Source: Perna viridis
Lineage: Eukaryota
Assembly (NCBI GenBank): GCA_037379345.1
Contig: CM074524.1
Location: 7,909,635-7,973,634 of the forward strand
Reading direction: 5' to 3'
DNA: 64,000 bases
In this document: positions 25,870 through 39,666 of the stretch, piece by piece
How positions within the stretch are numbered: the stretch's first letter is position 1
How the letters are laid out: the number at the start of each line of letters is the position of its first letter
Program-made: the position numbers and the translations under genes
Notes under the pieces: model-generated
The model's input: only the letters and a program-made list of their open reading frames with translations
Told to the model about the DNA's origin: nothing
Database searches by the model: none

Positions 25870-26020
25870 GAATATATTTGAAGGATAACGACTATACAGA
25901 GAAAACAACCAAAATAATATATACAAAGAAACAAAAGTAAATGAGCAGCACTGAAAAAAAAACTGGGAGCAGGTGCACCGGTAAGGCGAGCGTCCTCTCC
26001 TTTTCTAGAAACATCCACCG
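25870..26020 (-). repeat. Penelope-like element 3' tail fragment
   Basis: The minus strand gtttctagaaaaggagaggacgctcgccttaccggtgcacctgctcccagttttt...gctcatttacttttg matches 43030-43110 and 56813-56875. Confidence 0.65.
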
Positions 26021-26109
26021 AACATAGTCCTCCTATCAGTCTACTGGAACCAGTCTCGAAGAACTTCCTGTCCCAGTAGCCGGTCTCCAACGCCAAATGT
26101 GATGTTTAT

Positions 26110-26191
26110 CCAAGCATGAGCGGATGAATGTATACCCGGTGATGAATTTTCGTTAACACCGACCGGACATACATTCTCCGCACATACTCGG
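26110..26191 (-). ncRNA. mir-36: microRNA precursor mir-36 (mature 3p UCACCGGGUAUACAUUCAUCCGC at 26142-26120)
   Basis: Minus strand folds as a ~30-bp stem with G:U pairs: ccgaguaug-ugcgga-gaauguauguccggu / accggguauacauuc-auccgc-ucaugcuugg. The mature arm has the miR-36 seed CACCGGG and the lophotrochozoan-type 3' half. CNNC (CAUC) lies 16 nt downstream of the 3' end. Confidence 0.9.
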
Positions 26192-29100
26192 TAATATTCG
26201 GAAACCCTCCAGGTTCTGCTTGCATTGTACACTGAGCCGATAGAAAATTATGGACTTCATTATTTTAAAGTGTTGTTTGTTATACTTCATCTACAAACTA
26301 AATTACTGGTTAGTTACTCACAGACATATTTTTTCGAATAAAAAGAAAAAAAATCAGTTTTCCATACACATCATGAAATGTACATTGTATACTAGTAATG
26401 CAAAGAGAAATAACTCGCTTGTAATTTAGGAACAACTCAACTCACCTGTAGCGTATAAATAGCTCTAATCTCAACTTACAGAACTCACTTGTAGCAAAAG
26501 GACTGTGGTACATAGGTGTGTTGTCAATCATGTGATGTATTTTTCACAAATGAGTAAAAAAAGAACAAGTTTTAATCTTTAAAGAGAAATAATTTCATTT
26601 ATTTCTTCCATCAAGTCACAGAACCTACTGTAACTAAAGGATACCCGAACTCACGTGTAATCAATCATGTGACCGTTTTTTTTCACAACCGATTCAAACT
26701 AGACTTTAAACCGAAATAATCACCAGTACTCCTTTGACAGACTCCTACATAACTGCAGCCCTTTTTCTAAAATGCTGTCTTATCATCCAACAAATATATT
26801 CCATTGTTCAGATTTCTAAACACACTATCTTGCATATTTAGCTCTTAAAAAGCAACGGATACTACCACGTGACAATCTCAACGCCTTATTAACAACATGT
26901 ACTTGTATTATTTGAATTTAATAACAACGTTAAGTCTGACTGACCCTATGTATGTAAATCCCTCAGTTCGATGAACTAGCGTGTTTTGTCTTTCAATGTG
27001 CTGACTCAAGCTGTATTGAATACATTCATATGTAAGTGCGTAATGTTCTAACAAAGAAAGATGACTGACCGGCGAAAGAAGGAGTGGCGTTCTTCGTTTT
27101 TTTTTCTTCTCTAATTAAGACCAGGAATGGGTTAAAGATTCAGTGTCAAAGGCACAAATATAGTCTCAAAGAAAAGCAGTGTTGTCAATCAGTAAGACAT
27201 GAATTGCAAACTATAAATATTTCAATCAATAATTACAACAAATGGAAATAGGTACTCAGAAAACCGTAAGAGAATATTTCGCATTACAGAGTCACTGCAG
27301 GATGAGAAAAATAAAAGTTTCGTATTTGTATAAAAAAATCCTTGACCATACATGTAGCATATAGACGGCTATGCTAGACATATAATCAATACGTACTTCT
27401 GTTTTTCTACGATTTCTGTCTCTCTGTCAACAAATGTTTTGATAATTTAAGTCTGGAATGGCTTCGCATATACGTCCAAATTGCCGTGTCCCTAAAAACT
27501 TGGTTTATGTAAGCCACTATAAATACTATTCTAAGCTTCATCTGGACAAGTCGTAGAATTCCACATGTTGTTTCTTCTCTAAATAACTTCTAGAAACAGA
27601 AAAAAAAACAATAAAAAATACACATGCAGTGCTAGTGGTGGACCGGGAGATTTGAAAAAAAAAATGGGGTGGGCGAAAGGTCCAAACTATCTTTTCTCAT
27701 TTTTGCCCAAATCTTACGCGAAATTAACTTTTTAAGGGTGTTCTTACCCGATCTACCTAGACCCACCGCTAACATGCAGTAATATTGAACATAAAACGAG
27801 ATATTTTGTCAACATGGTAAAGATCACACAGTGTGCGGCACTTACGTAGACATAATCTCTTTTAATCTAAACTTTAACTACACAGACCTTAATTCTTTTA
27901 CAACCAATAATGAACATTAAACCTTCCAAACCTTATTAATAAAATGAAGAGCAATATCATTTTTCTGTATTTGACAGGATTGTAAAATGAGTTATCGCTC
28001 TTTATAAAGAAAACCTCTCGTGGTTTAAAATGAAGTTAAGTTTTGTTCAGGTTAATTATGGGGAAAATTATCCCTGTTCAAACTGGGAGGAAAAGTAAAA
28101 AAAATTGCCTACTATAGAATAGCTAGTACAGAAAAAAAAACAGTACGGAGGAGTCTGTACATTTTTTTTCGATGTATACAGGAAAAAAGTTCTGTGACGT
28201 GGATTACCGGTCATTTTTTTTCACATTTTACTTTCATGAATAGTTATAGTTGTTTTCAAGGTCATTCAAATCAGTATCACTATGTTTTGAAAGATTTTGG
28301 GCGTCTAAATACTATCCCCTGGGTTAAGTTTCTGTTTAAAAAATCATGCCTTTTTGTAGCGTAAATTTAACCTCGTTCACAATAAATGTATGTTGTTACA
28401 GCGGATAAAGATAGCAAATCAAATATTGTCATTTCATATTTAGTAAAACATATCAAGCTACTATCCCTCTGAACATTTATAGCAATATTTGTCATTTCCT
28501 AGAGCATATATTATTGTAAGAATGTGATTTTAAACTTGGAAAAATAAGTTATGCTCGCTAAAAAATACCCTCGCTCCCGACCCCGGTAACTATAGTGTTA
28601 AAATATAAACGAAATCGTCAATGAATTAGCAAGCTAACGTTGCATCCTTCTGAAATTGAACCTCACAATACGGCATTCCTATATAACGCTTTTATCAAAA
28701 TATTAAGTCAGGCTGTAATAAGTAGATGTGGAGAAAACTAAAGAAAACGTTGTGAATGTACTAAAGGAAGAACAGATTGACGAAAGGACATCATGAGCAC
28801 TTCATGTATATATACATTCCACAAAGTAGAAGATATTCATATGATATGTTCACGATTTGGAAGCCTGGCAGTGCATGGTATACCATATTCTGGCTATCAA
28901 ATGATGTAAGTATAAAAAAACTGCATGCTTGCATTTTTTTTGTGGTTTGTATTACGATGTTAATAAAGAACTAACTCTAAAATGAAGACAATTAACGGTG
29001 CATACAAATCGAACCATCACACAGCCTAAACCAAGTCCCATCAAAGGGTTTTTGAAAAATATAATGTGTACTTGTTATTTTTTATTGTAATACAAATTCA

Positions 29101-30455
29101 TCGTATAATTTATTCAAACTGAATAAAATTTCAAAAGAGGTTATTAAAATACTTCCCGTCAAAGCAATTTGCGTGTTTGAACATTTTTTGTTAAAAACGA
29201 CATACATCTTCGCAAAAAGATGTTTAAATTGATAAACTCACCTCAATTTACTTTTTCGGAAAAGATATAGGTTTTATTGTTTGTCATTCAGAAAAATACT
29301 TCAAGCGTACACCCGACTGCCGACGCATGGTTGCTTACAAAATCTGGCTTTTATTCAAAATTCCGAAACTGTCATTTAGAAATGAAGATAAAAACACGAC
29401 GAACAGATATTTAAGACGGTTCACAACAAAAAAAAAAGTAGCGGGTGACTGGTTATGACTTCACATTTTTGAAAGGGATATCAGATATACCGAGTCGCAT
29501 TTTAATAAGAAGGTCTACACACATTTACAAATACCAAATAAGAAAAAAATCTGTGTAGCCGTAATAAAATGAACGATTTTACTATTTCGTTTGCTTATTT
29601 TCCCTTTAAATAAATAAATAAAAACTATAAATATGCGTTAAACTTATATACAATCCATACACATTATTAATGATTTATAGCGTCGAAAAACTCACTTAAT
29701 TCTATTTTATTATTATAGTTTTTTTTTGCATGCAGATCTGTATTTTGGAGAAATCTCACTGAAATCGTCTAAATCAAGAACGACAACTCTTGCAATATAT
29801 TTTTTTTACTCAAGACTGAGTATGTCATCTGTAACTGTTCCTGAATAAGAAATAAAATAAATTGTGTGCAGGTTAGACATCCATGTTATTACCTCCTGCC
29901 TGACATCTATAAAGTATGCTACTGAAGGGATGAAATGTTCATTAGACAGCACGCAAATCCCATCGTTGAGTATAACTGACACAAACTGTCTACATTTTTT
30001 GTTTAGATATAGAAATTAATTCTATTAAAAATCCACTAAATTTGAAAAGGGGTGTCCACGAAATAAGCTATTTTTTTTCTAAAATATAATATAAATTGAC
30101 AAAATTTTCCAACAAACGGTTGGTTCCAAACCCCGGCCTCTTCTTGCATCTGCCACTGAAAAAATATTTTTTTTTACATTTTTTTAAAATTTATATACAC
30201 TGAATTATATAGCGGCATGTATGTAGCAGTCAAGCTCCATTCTACATTTCCGTGCAGATGACATTAAATTTTGTAATAAAATGTAGATAGTCTATCATGA
30301 TTACAAACTTACCGCAATGTACACTGTAAAAATGAGCTACATTTGCTTAAGAACAGTAATGTTTGACAGTTCTCTGTCATCGTAATTGATTTATATATAC
30401 GTCTGACCTCATGTGGTACATTTGCGTCATGCAGAAGACGGTAAACTTGAAGACA

Positions 30456-30658
30456 AACGTCTCAGAATGTGACGACATCGGATCGAATAGATGCAGGAAG
30501 ATAATGTTTGTATATAATGGTCTGAAAATTTCCCGACGACGTTAGAACTGTCACATTTGCGAAACAATATTTGGTCGTTTCCTTGTTCCGCTGTGACATC
30601 TATGGCTACACCGCCTGCGCACAGTCCAGTACCCTCCACCACAAGGCCAGCTAGGTTA
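30456..30658 (-). mobile_element. tRNA-derived SINE, decayed copy
   Basis: Colinear homologue of the SINE at 58581-58857 (head cctagctggcc..., body ...gtcacagcgg...cgcaaat...gttctaacgtcgtcggg..., tail gtcgtcacattctgagacgtt). Confidence 0.75.
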
Positions 30659-33600
30659 TAAAAAAATATACCTTTCGCTGGCCATCAACTTTCAGCCCTT
30701 CAACCCCATATTAATAGTTCTACCTCGACTAAATTGGTATACTCCAAAACATTTCGTGGGTTCATGAGACTTCACCACTTGTATCTTTAGCGTTATACTT
30801 TAATAGTCGTTTTTCTTTGTATCATACAACATACCGTGATATGCATTCGTATGCCCTCATTTGTAATATTAAGGACATAGTATTTAGTGTTTTTATTTTT
30901 TTTTCGGGGGGGGGGTGAGTATTTTGTTTTCTCCGGTCCCCAATAGGGAAATCCTCCCGATTGCAACATTGTGCATTACTTTGAAAGGCTATTTGTGCAC
31001 GGATCAAATAATGGTCCGTTCAAATTAAGAAAGCATTCTTGAGCGAAATTATATGTCATATTGGTGGCGTTTTGACATGCATGTTTCTGATTTTTTTCCA
31101 TTTTGCCCGATTCTTAGAAAAACTTACACTTAAAACACTTATCATTTACAGTTTGTTATAGACAAGCGCATCAACTGCCTATAGACGCTCAGAGGTGGAT
31201 CCAGAAAGGGGGTCCTATACCCGGAACCCAATTTTTTTTTTTATAAATGAGCAGATAACAGCCTGAGACCCTCCCTTTTTTCAAATAATTTTACAGGTGT
31301 TTTGACCATAGAGGATGTTTTGTAAAGATATACGTTGAGATAAATTCATTCTTCCGCATACCACGGACAATAAAAATAAACTTCCTGAATATTGGACCTC
31401 GTCCAAGTAAGGCTATAAACTAAATGAAAAACATCGACAAAAGGAAGTACGAAAGTGGAAAAGGGGGTATTCAGTTTATGTATAGAAGCATTAAAGCTCG
31501 AAGTTTTAAAACAACGCACTTTAAGACAAGCTAGTAAATTTACTTTCAATGCACAGCACATACACTCGAAATGCAGGAATGCAAGAACCGACGTGTAATC
31601 AATAGACGAGATTTCATACATGGAAGTATTCAGTTCCTAAGTGTTGCCATTGTTTTAGGTATTGCATGTTGAATCAAAATCTGAAATTTTAGTTTCTAGC
31701 ATAGCAGATAATGCCTTTTCTCCCTTTCTTTACAGCTCATAAAAATGTCATTTATTTTACTTTCCTGGAGGTAGTCTAAAGTAGTGCCCCTTAAATTGGA
31801 TTCCAATACCTGAACCAGAAGTGCTGAATCCGCCTCTGACTTAAGATTTCTTTTTCAGAAACTCATTCGCTATTATTCAAAATCTTATCTTCTGATGCAC
31901 TGCTACTCGTGAAGTAAGAATGCACAGATTATATCCAATCTACATCCTTAGTGGCGAATCCGGTAACCTTCACATCATTACTTAAGGAGGGTTAGCTATT
32001 AGAGAGTCACCGGGTAACACTTCTAATTTTCGATCAAAATTCTATTTTTTTTTTTTTAAATAAATTTCGATTTTCACAGGATGTCCTTTTGTCACATTTC
32101 TTAAATACTTTCTGAAACTGTATACAAAACATAAAATGTAACTCAAAAGTAAAACGCATTATAATATAGGTACTATTTGAGTTTATATAGTGCTATGTGC
32201 TAATGTTTAAATTATTTGTAGTTTGTCCCTTCTCGAACAGCTGCTATGCCTATGTAATTCAAATGCGACCCCATCTATGTAGTAGAACTGGTATAGAAGA
32301 GACCATATAAAAAGTTATTTATAGTTCATAAGAAATTTAATTCATTGGTAACAACCATTACTACGCGATTAAATTATTAAGTATCAGTCCATATAAAATT
32401 CAGGCATTGCCAATGGTAAAGTGATTCATGGTCAAGAAAAAACACCAAACAAACGATGTGTTTTTTGTCTACATATGCTATACCTTCACCTAACCTTTTC
32501 TGCATTAAGATTTGCTATTTTTAGAAAATCATAAATAGATCTCCCACTAAAATCAACCAAATCAAGCCAAATGAAGAACGATAATTCTAGCAAAGTGCAA
32601 ATTCCATGTACAATCTATATAATTTTTTATCTCAAATGGCAAAAACCAAATGAAAAACTAAGACTAGTCATGTGACCAGTTACTGTTTCTGAACAGGAAA
32701 AAATGTGAAATCGGTGGGTCTTTGACATGCATGAATTACCTTCTGTCTGATTTTTAGAAAGGTTGTTACTTAATGAAAAAAGTAATATTAAATCCCTAAA
32801 ACTCCGTGCACTGCCTTCCATATAAAAGAAGCTAATGACTTCAACGTCCCATTTCTTACAAAATTGGTCATTGATTTAGAATCACGGAAGTAGAAATCTA
32901 TGTTCATTCAGAAGGCCCAGCAACGCACTATAATTCTAGTCACCTTCCTCCAGCTCAAAAGCCGCACGAATAGGGGACTCCTTAAATGGGTAGTCGTACA
33001 AATGTATAATGCTGCACTGGTCAATAGATTTTTTTTTCATTTAACCCGTGTCAACCAAACTCCAAAAGGAGATGACGATTCAGATAGGCTACATGGTGTA
33101 TCAAAAATTATATACTTTCGACTTTATTTTGACAGGTCTGAGCCAAAGTTTTTTTTTCCATGTCGATGATTTAGCAAATTTGGTTTTTCCGATTCTATTC
33201 CGTTGACCGCAGACCAATTCAAAAGAAGTAAATATACTATCTTTTTAAATGACAACTTGAGTTCTGAAGATTAAACCCATATATCTCTTTGAAAATGAAA
33301 TTAAAAACCAACCAACTGTAATTTTATTTTATAGACGAATAAAAAAATTCAAATAAATGTATTTAAAAAGGGTATTTAATTTGAGACTGGTTTTGTTCGG
33401 TTTTATAAAGACATATAAAGGTATACATTTCTTCTATGTTTGGATGGTGCGTTTACTTAAACTCAAAGGGTTGCACGCATGTCTGGAATATTCAAGATTT
33501 TGTGGGCTAATATACTTTAAAAACATGCTTTTCTGTTTTTTGTAAGGTATACAAGTTTCTTAAAATGTCATTTTTACCTTAAATTGTCATAAATCTGGCC

Positions 33601-35748
33601 TATTTCTTGGACATGTGCAAAAGAATTTAACGAACTGTGCATACTAAGGAAATTGTGATATCTGATACCCTCTTTTGCGTATTCTTTATAAAGTGACATA
33701 CTCTTATTAAGGCAGTGCCGGAATGCATTTTAACTGCGTTAAGGTTCGATAAAGGAGTTTTTGCGATACAAAAAGGGGGATCAGTAGGTATTTTCAAATG
33801 GTCATATTTTGTTTTTGTTTTTGTTGTTGGTATCTTACTTTTTCCTGTTTAACTTTTTTATCCACTCCAAGCGTAAACACAAACGAGACATTTTCCAAGA
33901 ATTCAGAGGATTTGATATTCGACCCTTTTCAGCAAACGGTGTTGAATACGCATATACGGAGTTCTAAGGCCTGTAAAGTTGTTTATTTTAACATATATAC
34001 CCAAAATCATAAACATTTATCCAGCATAGGTCCCGCAACAATATTCAATAATGCTTGTTTCTTTTTTTTCGCCATGAAATACTTTCGTTGCTAAGTAGAC
34101 TATTACCGCTTAATTTCTTCTTAGAAGTTGAAATTCGAATGCGTTTTACGGGGTGTTCCTCTTGAAATGCGTGATATATTTTGACCAAAGTATCCGAGAC
34201 ACGTACGCACGAGTGTTGTACCTGTATGGGTGTCACCCCTATAGTTTAAGATCAAAATCTATATCCTTCATTTTCTTCAATTCATTGCAAGTACCATTAA
34301 GGAAATTCTATAAAAAAAAATAATTATCTATTGTACAAAAACACGCAAGATATTTAAATATTTCAAATTAGATACTTCAACACAGCCTAGTTTTATTCAA
34401 TACACAAAGTTTGACTTTATCCCAGTTATTATTGATTTCCATCTTTACCCTTCGAGGTACCCCAAATTGTACCTTGAGAAGAAACGACTTATTTTAAAAT
34501 GTTTAAATTGGTATTTTGTGATCAAATTTCAGGAGTGATCTTTTGAAACCCACTAGCCGTGAAGAAATTACATTAGATTTCTATAGGGGACGCTAACACA
34601 CCAAGCTAAATCCGAATAAGGGGCCCTACAAGGGGTACTTTTTTTAACAATTCTTTTGTAAGTTACGCAGTGAACCGGTGTGAGAAAATATTTTAGTCAA
34701 AAAGTAGGATTAATGACAATTCCGTGTTAATCTAACCGTAGAAAAATAACCTGTGGTTAATAGTCTAGATTTGGGTAGTACTATGACCCTTCTATATATA
34801 CGATAATCGTAATAAAAAAAATTAAAAGTAAATTTTAATTTTATCAGATTTTTGACTAATGCAATCATTTAAATAAGGGAATTTAGTAAAGTAAATGGCG
34901 ATTATAAAAAAACAACCTACTTACACACTGAATAGCACACAAGAGCAGATGTGTTAACACAGCAAAATCCGAATAAAGCTTTAATTTTAAAATTTTGAAA
35001 TTTAAAAAAAAAAATGCATAAATTAAGTCCAGGAAATTGAAACTGAATTCCGAATAGAAAGATCTTTATTGACTGTTGGCATTTAACGTCCCAGCAGCAA
35101 TAGAAAGATCTTTAAAAAATATGTGTATTTAAAAAAAACTATGTAAGCATATTTAGACAGTGTTATATCTTTTAAAACCCGTACAAGGAAAAAAACCCGA
35201 ATTCTTCAAACAGATACGAGCCGCTCAGAGATCACCATACGCACCCCTAACCCGAACCCCAAATCAATACTTTTGAAATTTATGACAAAACAAATAGACA
35301 CTGAGAATATTTGAATTTGTGTGGTATGTAGTTCGTCGAGATTTAATTTTAACTCCTAAGTCAATATTGGCCCAGTGTTACCTGAATGAGAAGCAACTAT
35401 CGCCAGTTTTCACTGATAATTCAAATCGTCCGAGACAGTCATTTAATATAACCAAGAATTTACATCTCGATAAAAAAAATCCGATATCAGCAAAATTTTG
35501 AAAACTACCCCATGATCACATTTAATTCATTTGAAAGATGAAAATAACACAGATTGAATATAATTTTTAAACACAGTGTGATTTTATTTCGCAACTAAAT
35601 ATGGTAAGTAGATGCTAGTCAAGAAAAGAGACGAGAGATTACGAAGTCAAGAGAGTGTCTATACCCAACTGTTTTCGACATTTCCCTCCCACAGGAGGAA
35701 AAATGTCCCCTTCCGAGTATCTATGTCCTCCTCGTGGAAATTCCCGTT

Positions 35749-35823
35749 CTAATACGGATGAGTGTGGATCTAGTCATGAGTATAAATAGAAACATGGACT
35801 AGACACACAGCCATTCGCATCAG
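35749..35823 (-). ncRNA. mir-279: microRNA precursor mir-279 (mature 3p UGACUAGAUCCACACUCAUCC(G) at 35776-35755)
   Basis: Canonical miR-279 sequence on the minus strand. The 5p arm cgaauggcugugugucuaguccaug pairs with it. Basal stem cugaugcg/cguauuag; CNNC (CCAC) 18 nt downstream. Confidence 0.95.
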
Positions 35824-38321
35824 CAGGCGCTCTAGCAGACGACACGTGCAAATCCATAATGCGCATTTTCCCGCCATAAAATTCCATGATATGTTATCTT
35901 CAAATTTTTATAATAAATGGCGTTTAAATCCAACGTGAAGGAGTTCGATCAATACATTTTTCCATAAATGGGATCGGGTTTACAACTGTTTACAGTAAAG
36001 AATTTTAACACTCGGCTGATTTAAACAGGTAGCATACACAGAGAAAGCGATACGGCTAAATGAATATTACAAGATCTTTATCTAAAATGCCGAAATATCG
36101 AAATTTTGTACATGAACAAATTGAAGTTTAGTAAAAAGTTATGTAACGATAAGTGAACGAATCGCTCAGTCTCCATTTTCGCCAATTTCTTTCACAGGTG
36201 TGTAAATACGTTCAGGTGAGAAATCTATTTCCCCGTAGTTCAATTATCTTGATATGACTTACAAAGATTGTTGAATTTCTTTAAAATCCTTAAACGAAAT
36301 TGCCTTAACTTCCAACCACTGTCAGTCAGTAACGTGCGCAAGCGGCCAAGATAGTGGCGTCTTATCATATCCGATATGCTCCTTCGCAAGATGTGGTCTT
36401 CAAAAGACTTTTGAATTCTCCAGCTTGAATGCAGTGAATGAATAAAATGAAGTCAGTGCGCATGCGTGATGTACATTCCTTTGATCATACTTTTCCCGCG
36501 GAATACTTATACATAAAACTGGTTGCACACAAAATTATCGCGTTTCAAAAGATGGAAAGTTATTCTAATCATATTTCCAGCATATACGAAATTGATTTCT
36601 TACATTCAGACACACTTAAACTGAAGTCAGAACTGCGTTTAAAAGATTTTCTCGGGGTCATACTAAGTACTAAAGTAAGGCACCGTGACGTGACCTCCAA
36701 AATACAAAAGAATCACTCTATAAATATTCGGTGTATTGTTAACACGAAAAGCTGGTTTAGAAAAGACTCAACTTTGTAGGTGTGCGTAGCCCAGTGGAAC
36801 AAAAGCTCTCACATACCGGATTATAAAGAGGCTTTTGTATTTGTTCAAATTTCGGTCTTCTATACGAAGTTACAGATCTCGACTCACTGGAGGAGAAATG
36901 AAAAAAAAAGTTAATTATTATACAAGGTGTTTTAAACACTAAATTTTACGAATTTAAAAGGAAAAAAAACTAGTGAAGTGGGAAGGTATATCGTCTGCTA
37001 GAGTCAGAGGAATATTCTATGAGAAAATACAGTAACGCGCATCAGATAACGGTTCCGGATATGAAAAACCGAGACCTCTCTTTTCCTATTGCATTTATGT
37101 ATTTTATTTTCAGTTTCTCGATCAAAGTTTTGTCTTTAGTTTTTCATGTGCACTAAGTGTTATCAGCTCATTAGACTAATCAAATTGTACTTCAAAAGAT
37201 CATTCTTTTTACAGACTGGTTGACCTTTTTCATACGATATTCACAAATCACACATGTTCCTTCAACAGTAATAAGCCGTATAAAAACACATTTCTGGTGT
37301 AGATCTAGGTATTCGATATAAGGAAGAAATCCTTATACAAAATACCCTCACCTGAAACTTCATAATATTAAGACTAATGTTTGACTTCTGTACGAAAAAG
37401 GGACATTGGAACCACCAGCAACTGCGTAATTTTCTCATTAAAAATCTTTGAAAATAACAAATTTTTGAAACTGTTATGTGACTCGACATGGCCAAATACC
37501 AAATTAATTATAAAATGTACCTGTTCAGTTGTATACTCACAAAACTAATTGTATTCTAAATTGGTTTTTATTTGAACTAATAAAACACTTACAATAAGGT
37601 ATTAAAAATCTACTAAATTACCAAACACTGAAGCCTCTCTCTAATTATAATTCAAATAATTACTCCAAATGCCAAAAATAGATTGGATAACATGGATTAA
37701 ATTGAAAAGCTTGTATTATTGTTAAGGAATCAATGCCATTTGCGGAGCAGACAGCTAAAATTTGCCCTAGGTCAACTTTTTACAAGTGAATACAAGAAAT
37801 TACTTGTACTCCTAACACATCCAACAATTGGATTACGAGGCGAAGCCAGAGTAAATAGTACATTAAATCGTATTTCACAATAGGTGTAAATTAGAATTTA
37901 AGCTCTCGACATGCCATTAGGGCAAAAGAATTTTTCACGCTATTGTGTTTTAACATATCAATTCGCGTCGTCATGGAGACGCTACCTGACCATACTACCT
38001 GTAATTTGATCACGTGATAAAAATCCTCTTTTATGCAGTTTTAAAACACTGTACAAATATTATAATTGTCACTTAAGTTTAAAATTTAAAGCAAACACAT
38101 TTGTATAGGAATTAAATCTTGAAATATCGATTTTTTTTAGCCATGATATCATTTTGGTCACATTTTTTTCATTAAAAACAAAGCAATTTGAAGTTTATAA
38201 ATATACGGTTTGCATATTCCACGCACTTAAAATATCAGCATTTTCACTCTATTAACTTATAAGTAATACTTACTCTTTCGAAGATATTTTTCATCTAATG
38301 ATAAAAGGGGAGTAATTCAGA

Positions 38322-39666
38322 TAAGAGGCTCCCAGGAACCTGAATCGCCCACCTGGTTGAATTTTGCCTTTCAAAGGCAATAAATTTAACAAGAAGTTGT
38401 CCAACAATTTTGACTCAAGAAGTCTTTGGTAGAGCTTATCATAAGGATCATTTCAACGATTGAAAGTTTTTTTAATCTATCATAGTTTTCAAGACTGAAA
38501 ACTGTTCAAAAAAGTCATTTTCCCTTTTCAAGAGCAATAACTCTTACAAGGAGTCATCTGACAACTTTTATCCCTGAAGACTTTTGTAGCCTTAATAATA
38601 AGGATCATTTCAGCTATGAAAGAATTTGCCTTAACCTAACGGTTTTGGAGATATATGCGAAAAACTACTGTCTGATCGCTATATACTATTTTTAGTAACG
38701 GCGGCCATGTTTTTCGACGAATCAAAAAATCCCACGTCAGTTCTATGCAGGCTACCCCAAGGAACATTCATAACAAATTTAGTTACAATTGGTCAACTAA
38801 TGTCAGAGGAAAAGATTTCTGAAAGAAATATCATTAAAAATAGCAAAAATCGTTGAAAAGGGGCAACAACTCCAACCTGGCCTAACGGATTAAAACCAAT
38901 ATTTGACCAATTATAGATCTCATCATGCTAAACACTTTTACCCTGTCAGAATTGAGCTAAACCTAATGGTTTTGGAGATATATGCAAAAATCTGCTGTCT
39001 GACCCGTATGTTCTATTTTTAGTAACGGCGGCCATGTTTTTTGACGAATCAAAAATCCCCACATCAGTTCTATGCAGGTTACGTCAAGGATCATTCATCA
39101 CAAATTTGATAGTGAATAAACATCCGAAATCGACAAAATTTAATTTAACCAACAAAACAACCACCAAAAATTAAACATTCTTTATTCATAAATTATTTGT
39201 TAAAAATTGTTAATAATAGCCGAACCTGTGTAAGAATATTCCTGTAGCTCAATATTTCGTTTCAAATGGTCAAGTAGTGTCAGAGGAGAAGATTTTTGAA
39301 AGGAATAACATTACAAATAGCAAATATCGTTGAAAAAGGGCAACAACTCCAAAATGGCTTAACGGATTAAAACCAAAATTTGACCAGATATAGATCTCAT
39401 TATGCATAACACTTTCAACACGGTCAGAATTTAGAAAAATCTAACAGTTTTGGAGATGTATGTGAAAAAATACTGTCTGACCCGTATCTTTTATTTATAG
39501 TAACGGCGGCCATGTTTTTCGACGAATCAAAAATCCCCACGTCAGTTCTATGCAGGATACCCCCAAGGAATATTTATACTAAGTTTGGTTCTAATCAGTC
39601 AAGTAGTTTCAGAGAAGAAGAGTTTTGTATAATTGTTGACGACGACGGATGCCAAGTGATGGCAAC
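38322..39666. mobile_element. HINE-like repeat, copy 2 (contains an unrelated ~150-bp insert at ~39110-39258)
   Basis: Same head (taagaggctcccaggaacctgaatcgcccacctgg), repeated core and (gac)n end as copy 1. The terminal hairpin is truncated. Confidence 0.8.

Noticed and set aside
25785-26232. ORFs 25785-26096 and 26041-26232
   Set aside because: They overlap the mir-36 hairpin and a PLE tail. The raised GC is explained by RNA structure, not coding.
32920-32975. miR-279 seed (tgactaga) on the minus strand between the two miRNAs
   Set aside because: Only weak pairing with upstream sequence; not a credible hairpin.
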